The translations under genes were made by a program, and so were the position numbers. Shown here in pieces: positions 59,955 through 64,000 of a DNA stretch of 64,000 bases. The notes beneath the pieces were generated by a model, which was given only the letters and a program-made list of their open reading frames with translations, did no database searches and was not told where the DNA came from. Source of the stretch: Fibrobacteria bacterium (GTDB taxonomy: Bacteria > Fibrobacterota > Fibrobacteria > UBA11236 > JADFYW01); assembly GCA_050294405.1 (NCBI GenBank), contig JBNKOC010000025.1, positions 64,001-128,000 on the forward strand, given 5' to 3'. Each line of letters opens with the position of its first letter. Within the stretch, counting starts at the first letter, position 1.

Positions 59955-61127
59955 TTAATCTATAACCCCTTTAAAGGATTTTTCCAGATTCTTTTCCCAG
60001 TTGTAATCTGAAAGAATAAGCTCCCTGGCTCTTGTTGCCATTTCACTTAAATTTTCCCGGTTTTCCAAAACCATAAAAAGCGATTGGACAAATTCCATTT
60101 CATTTTTGGCGATGAACAAATGCTTTTTATGTTCACCCTTAATGCCTCCCAAGGCTTCCACCGCCGCCACTGTAATTTTCCCACAGGACAAGGCCTCTAA
60201 AACCTTGTTTTGCATTCCTCTGGCAATGCGCAGGGGAACTACCACAATTTTTGCTTTATAAATTTCATCCCGCATATCTTCCACAAAGCCGGTGACTTTA
60301 ATGTTTGGGTTTTTGCTCAACTCCTTAACTTTGGGGTTGGGGTTGCTCCCCGCAATAATAAATTGAGCCGCGGGAAACTTTTTTAAAACTTCAGGAAAAA
60401 TTTTACTGGCAAACCAACATACCCCATCCACATTGGGGAAATAGTCCATGGCTCCGGTAAATAAGATTCGATAAGGTTCAATTTTGGAGCTGGGCCCCGG
60501 GGAAAAATATTGGTAGTCCACCCCGTTTGGCAATACATCAAAGTTGCCGGTTCCCCCTAATGATTTGAAAATAGCTAGCTCGGCTTCAGTTATAAAAATA
60601 GATTTTTTGCATTGGGAGCTCATGTTCTTTTCAAACTTAAGCAGTCTATTCCCTTCCAACTTAAAAAACCATTTTAAGTAGAAAGGCATTTTTTCACTGT
60701 AGTTAATCCATTTGTAAGAGTCCACATCACAAAAATCCACAAGGGTTTTTTCTTCTTTGCCAACGATGTATTGGCACATTTGCCCCGAAAACACGACGAT
60801 TTTTTGGTAGCCGTATTCTTTGTCCCACTGTTTGATTTTTAATTCAAAATTTTTGTCGTAAAATAAAGACAGGCTCAAGGGCTTTCCTGTAAACATCCCC
60901 AAAAAACCCCGGAATAAATTTTTGAATTTATTCCGGGGGAATAAGGCCACATTTTGGCAATATTTTTGGAGCTCGGATTTGTAATTAAAGTCCTTTTTAG
61001 AATCCACAAAACATATCAAATCCATTTCATACTGTTTCGACAAATATTGGATACTGTGAAAAGAACGGATTTTATCCCCCTTATTGGGAGGGAAGGGGAT
61101 ACGATGGGCGATGTATAAAATTTTCAT
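59955..61127 (-). CDS. GT4 glycosyltransferase, PEP-CTERM/XrtA system-associated type (TIGR03087-like)
   Basis: AHRIPFPPNKGDKIRSF, DFCDVDSYKW, FTGAMDYFPN, ARGMQNKVLEA. Confidence 0.88.
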   Translation of the reverse strand: MKILYIAHRIPFPPNKGDKIRSFHSIQYLSKQYEMDLICFVDSKKDFNYKSELQKYCQNVALFPRNKFKNLFRGFLGMFTGKPLSLSLFYDKNFELKIKQWDKEYGYQKIVVFSGQMCQYIVGKEEKTLVDFCDVDSYKWINYSEKMPFYLKWFFKLEGNRLLKFEKNMSSQCKKSIFITEAELAIFKSLGGTGNFDVLPNGVDYQYFSPGPSSKIEPYRILFTGAMDYFPNVDGVCWFASKIFPEVLKKFPAAQFIIAGSNPNPKVKELSKNPNIKVTGFVEDMRDEIYKAKIVVVPLRIARGMQNKVLEALSCGKITVAAVEALGGIKGEHKKHLFIAKNEMEFVQSLFMVLENRENLSEMATRARELILSDYNWEKNLEKSFKGVID

Positions 61128-62173
61128 GGAAAAAATTTATTTAATATGGGCCCGATAATTTTAGAAGTCCACAGGGGCTGCATGGACCAATATTTAATAA
61201 ACAAGGCGTATTTGGGGTTGGAAGGGTTGATGTTGGGAACTTCCGTGGCCTTGTTTAGTATAAATTGATAGGGCAGCACTTTAGGTTCAAATCCCATATT
61301 TCTTTTAAAATTATAAGAGCCTGTTCCTACACGGCTTTTTCCGAAGTCAAAATATTTATACCCTTTCTTGCCAGCATCGCACATTAAGGCGTAATACATG
61401 TAATTATTCGCCCCCGAATAGTTGGATTCTGGTAAAGAGCCCGAAAAATAAGGGTTGCAAACCTTGTGAAAATAAAAGGTCATAACCCCGCAAACTGGTT
61501 TTCCTTTATCTTTCACAAATAAGATGTTTACTTTATCTCCCAGTACATCCATAATATTTTTGAAATATTTTTTGGGAAAAACCGGAGTACCTAATTTTTT
61601 AAGGTTTATGGCATGTAATTCCCACAAGAGCTCCCAGTCTCTGTTTATTTCATATTCCAGTTTGTATTTGTTAATACTGTGCCTTATGGTGGCTCTTGAT
61701 TTTCGAGGTACTCCTAGAAGATTTTTATCCTCTTCTTCTTCAATTTTTTTAACAAAATTCACGTGAATGTCTATTCCCGGCAAGTCCAACTGATTGGGCA
61801 CGGGGTTTCGAAGGGCCACATATTCCACATTTTCCTGGACTCCCAGCTTTGCAGCCGCATCAGCCAACATTTTTTCGGCTGCGGTATCCGAGGCCAGAAT
61901 CCCCCCATAAACAGTATAAGGAGTAGAATACAAACCAGCCTTACCGGATAAACCTTTGGCCTTTTGCAAAATTAAATTGCCCTGTATCTTTCCATCCTCT
62001 CCTTCCACGGCGAATAAAAAATAGGGCAAACCAAAGCTTCTGGATAAAACTTCATTCCAATATAAAGAGTGAAAGATGGTGCCATTTGGATTTTCTTCCA
62101 TAACATAACGGTTCCATTTTTCTGCAAAATCCGTACTAGGTGGCTGGCTGTTTGTAAAGGAATGTAATTTCAT
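61124..62173 (-). CDS. FemAB-like GNAT protein, PEP-CTERM/XrtA system-associated type (TIGR03019-like)
   Basis: STPYTVYGG, PRKSRATIR, LGTPVFPK, FDFGKSRVGTG, NPSNPKY. Confidence 0.85.
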   Translation of the reverse strand: MKLHSFTNSQPPSTDFAEKWNRYVMEENPNGTIFHSLYWNEVLSRSFGLPYFLFAVEGEDGKIQGNLILQKAKGLSGKAGLYSTPYTVYGGILASDTAAEKMLADAAAKLGVQENVEYVALRNPVPNQLDLPGIDIHVNFVKKIEEEEDKNLLGVPRKSRATIRHSINKYKLEYEINRDWELLWELHAINLKKLGTPVFPKKYFKNIMDVLGDKVNILFVKDKGKPVCGVMTFYFHKVCNPYFSGSLPESNYSGANNYMYYALMCDAGKKGYKYFDFGKSRVGTGSYNFKRNMGFEPKVLPYQFILNKATEVPNINPSNPKYALFIKYWSMQPLWTSKIIGPILNKFFP

Positions 62174-62183
62174 TCAATCCTCT

Positions 62184-63305
62184 TTAAGGTAACTGCAGCG
62201 CCCCAACGGGATTTTCCATTAGGGTAGAACGCTTAATTTTTTGAGCAGGATGTTTATACTGGTATTCCAGGCCTAAATCAAGGCCGTGGATTTGGGGAAG
62301 CTTTTCCCCCTTGTAATTTTCTTGAACTCTATTGGGCAAATAATAATTGAGGCTATCCAAAGGCATAAAATCAGAAATTTGAACCTTAATATTAGAGGGT
62401 GAATCCACAAAGGGAACCGAAAAAATTCCATTTCCGGCATACAAATTATTGAGCAATACTGCTTTGTCTTGAAAATTTTTGAGACGGATAAATTTGCTTC
62501 CAGGATATTCACTGACTAAAGTGTTATTTACAGCCACAAACTTATTTTCCTGATGCTTAATGCCTTCAGCCCCATAACTGATAAGAGCCTCATTTTGGGC
62601 CCGGAGTCCTTTGTGTAAAATGTTTCCCTTAATAAGGGCTATGCCTCCGTTGGGCAAATCTATTCCGTAGCTGGAATTACCCGTTTTTTCATCGGCGATG
62701 TAATTAAACTCAATAATATTTTTAGCTGCTCTGGATTTAACATTGTGGCCAATTTTTGTTAAACGGCTAATGCAAAAGCTCAGGCTAAACTCACTCACCC
62801 TTTGCGATAGGTAAATGTTGTGGCTGTATCCGTCTCCGTGGCCATTGTTTTCAAAAATGCTGTGCTCCACCCGCAGAATTCCTTTACCACCCAGGATGCC
62901 ATTTTCGTTGTGGTGGAAATAACAGTTCTGTATGGCCAGGTTTTCTCCCTCAGCCCTAATCCCGGCCCCGTTTTTATCTTCCACTTTTGCGCCGGTGAAT
63001 TCGATTCCTTTTATAAGAGCATTGTTTCCCTGAACTACCCAAATAGCCTTCTTGTTGGAAATTTGCGGGGCCTGCATTTTGGCGTACCCGCTGTCGCAAA
63101 ACAAAGTTAAAGATGAAGCTCTCCAAACGGCCTCTGCATTGGGATAATTTCCTGGACTAAACTCTACACTGTCCCCATCAGCAACCATTTTGCTTAAGTT
63201 TTTAAAATCTGCGGGAATATTCCCAAAGCCTATTTTGTGCAATTTGCCATGACTTGGAAGTATTCCAACTAAAATAAGTGCGAAAAAAGAGGTTTTAAAA
63301 GGCAT
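62184..63305 (-). CDS. Secreted right-handed parallel beta-helix protein
   Basis: Signal peptide, DKNGAGIRAEG, FHHNENGIL, GDGYSHNIY, GHNVKSRA, IDLPNGG. Confidence 0.75.
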   Translation of the reverse strand: MPFKTSFFALILVGILPSHGKLHKIGFGNIPADFKNLSKMVADGDSVEFSPGNYPNAEAVWRASSLTLFCDSGYAKMQAPQISNKKAIWVVQGNNALIKGIEFTGAKVEDKNGAGIRAEGENLAIQNCYFHHNENGILGGKGILRVEHSIFENNGHGDGYSHNIYLSQRVSEFSLSFCISRLTKIGHNVKSRAAKNIIEFNYIADEKTGNSSYGIDLPNGGIALIKGNILHKGLRAQNEALISYGAEGIKHQENKFVAVNNTLVSEYPGSKFIRLKNFQDKAVLLNNLYAGNGIFSVPFVDSPSNIKVQISDFMPLDSLNYYLPNRVQENYKGEKLPQIHGLDLGLEYQYKHPAQKIKRSTLMENPVGALQLP

Positions 63306-63517
63306 AGTTGAGGAAACGAAAATTATCTTTCATGAAAATTAAATATTCAGGACCTAAATTTTATTATTTTTTACCAATTTTAAGCTAAACCTTGAGGTTT
63401 TATTTTTGCAATTTTAGAAAAATAACCTTTTTTAAATGCTCAAAATGTTAAAATAAATTTTCTCTAGTTTAACGGATAATTTACCTAATTTCCAGTTCAA
63501 TATAAATCAGTAAAAGC

Positions 63518-64000
63518 ATGTGTGGAATAACAGGACATATTAATTTCAGCGGGTCAATGAACCCCAGTGTCGAACTGTTGTCCCAAATGAGTTCAAAAAT
63601 TTACCATCGGGGTCCCGATGAGGCGGGTACCAAATTGATGGGCTCTGCGGGCTTTGGACACCAGCGGCTGAGCATTATTGATTTATCCAGCGGGCAACAG
63701 CCTATGGTGGATAACGAGTCTGACTGCATGGTCGTCTTTAATGGAGAAATTTACAATTTCGAAGATATCCGCAACGAGTTAAAAAATCTGGGACACAATT
63801 TTTTGACCTCCAGCGATACGGAAGTTTTATTAAAAGGCTATATCCATTGGGGAGAGTTGGTAATCGACAAGCTAAATGGAATGTTCGCCTTTGCTATTTG
63901 GGATAACAAAAAGAAAAAACTGTTTGCGGCGCGTGACAGGTTAGGTAAAAAACCCTTTTATTATTGTTACAGGGATGGATGCTTGATTTTTGCTTCCGAG
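63518..64000 (+). CDS. asnB: Asparagine synthase (glutamine-hydrolysing)-family amidotransferase, 5' part (runs off the window; absent from the ORF track)
   Basis: My translation: MCGITG..HRGPDE..GHQRLSIIDL..QQPM..FNGEIYN..SDTEV..NGMFAFAIWD..ARDRLGKKPF..FASE. Confidence 0.92.
   Translation, partial: MCGITGHINFSGSMNPSVELLSQMSSKIYHRGPDEAGTKLMGSAGFGHQRLSIIDLSSGQQPMVDNESDCMVVFNGEIYNFEDIRNELKNLGHNFLTSSDTEVLLKGYIHWGELVIDKLNGMFAFAIWDNKKKKLFAARDRLGKKPFYYCYRDGCLIFASE

Overview
Gene-dense, AT-rich bacterial chromosomal window (standard genetic code). The gene complement suggests a Gram-negative, motile FCB-group organism, possibly Fibrobacterota; this is an impression, not a search result. I found no integrase, transposase, prophage or CRISPR array. 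Contents in order: gpsA-DNA polymerase II; YfcH and RmuC; PepE; an SPL-like radical SAM gene coupled to a TrmJ-type methyltransferase; a TPP riboswitch heading thiS-thiC-thiE-like-thiD-thiE-thiG-thiH; typA; a signalling block (CheX/CheY, histidine kinase, REC-PP2C, double STAS, Crp, chemoreceptor-like protein, HD-GYP); a TPR protein, large surface lipoprotein and membrane pseudokinase; Nudix; SMR; a eukaryote-type xylulokinase; tRNA-His; fused secDF; fmt-rsmB with beta-barrel genes; an NtrC-type regulator; a CBS protein; a sugar ABC transporter; and the edge of an exosortase-A/PEP-CTERM-type polysaccharide cluster ending in a truncated asnB. The most interesting candidates are: (1) a partner-switch operon with degenerate modules (pseudo-receiver, dead RsbW-like domain, a STAS domain with Asp at the phospho-Ser site); (2) a three-gene envelope-spanning pseudokinase module; (3) sigma28-like promoters, one before a degenerate chemoreceptor; (4) an ABC permease with no in-frame ATG/GTG/TTG; (5) several leaderless-type starts, one supporting a 62-aa small protein.
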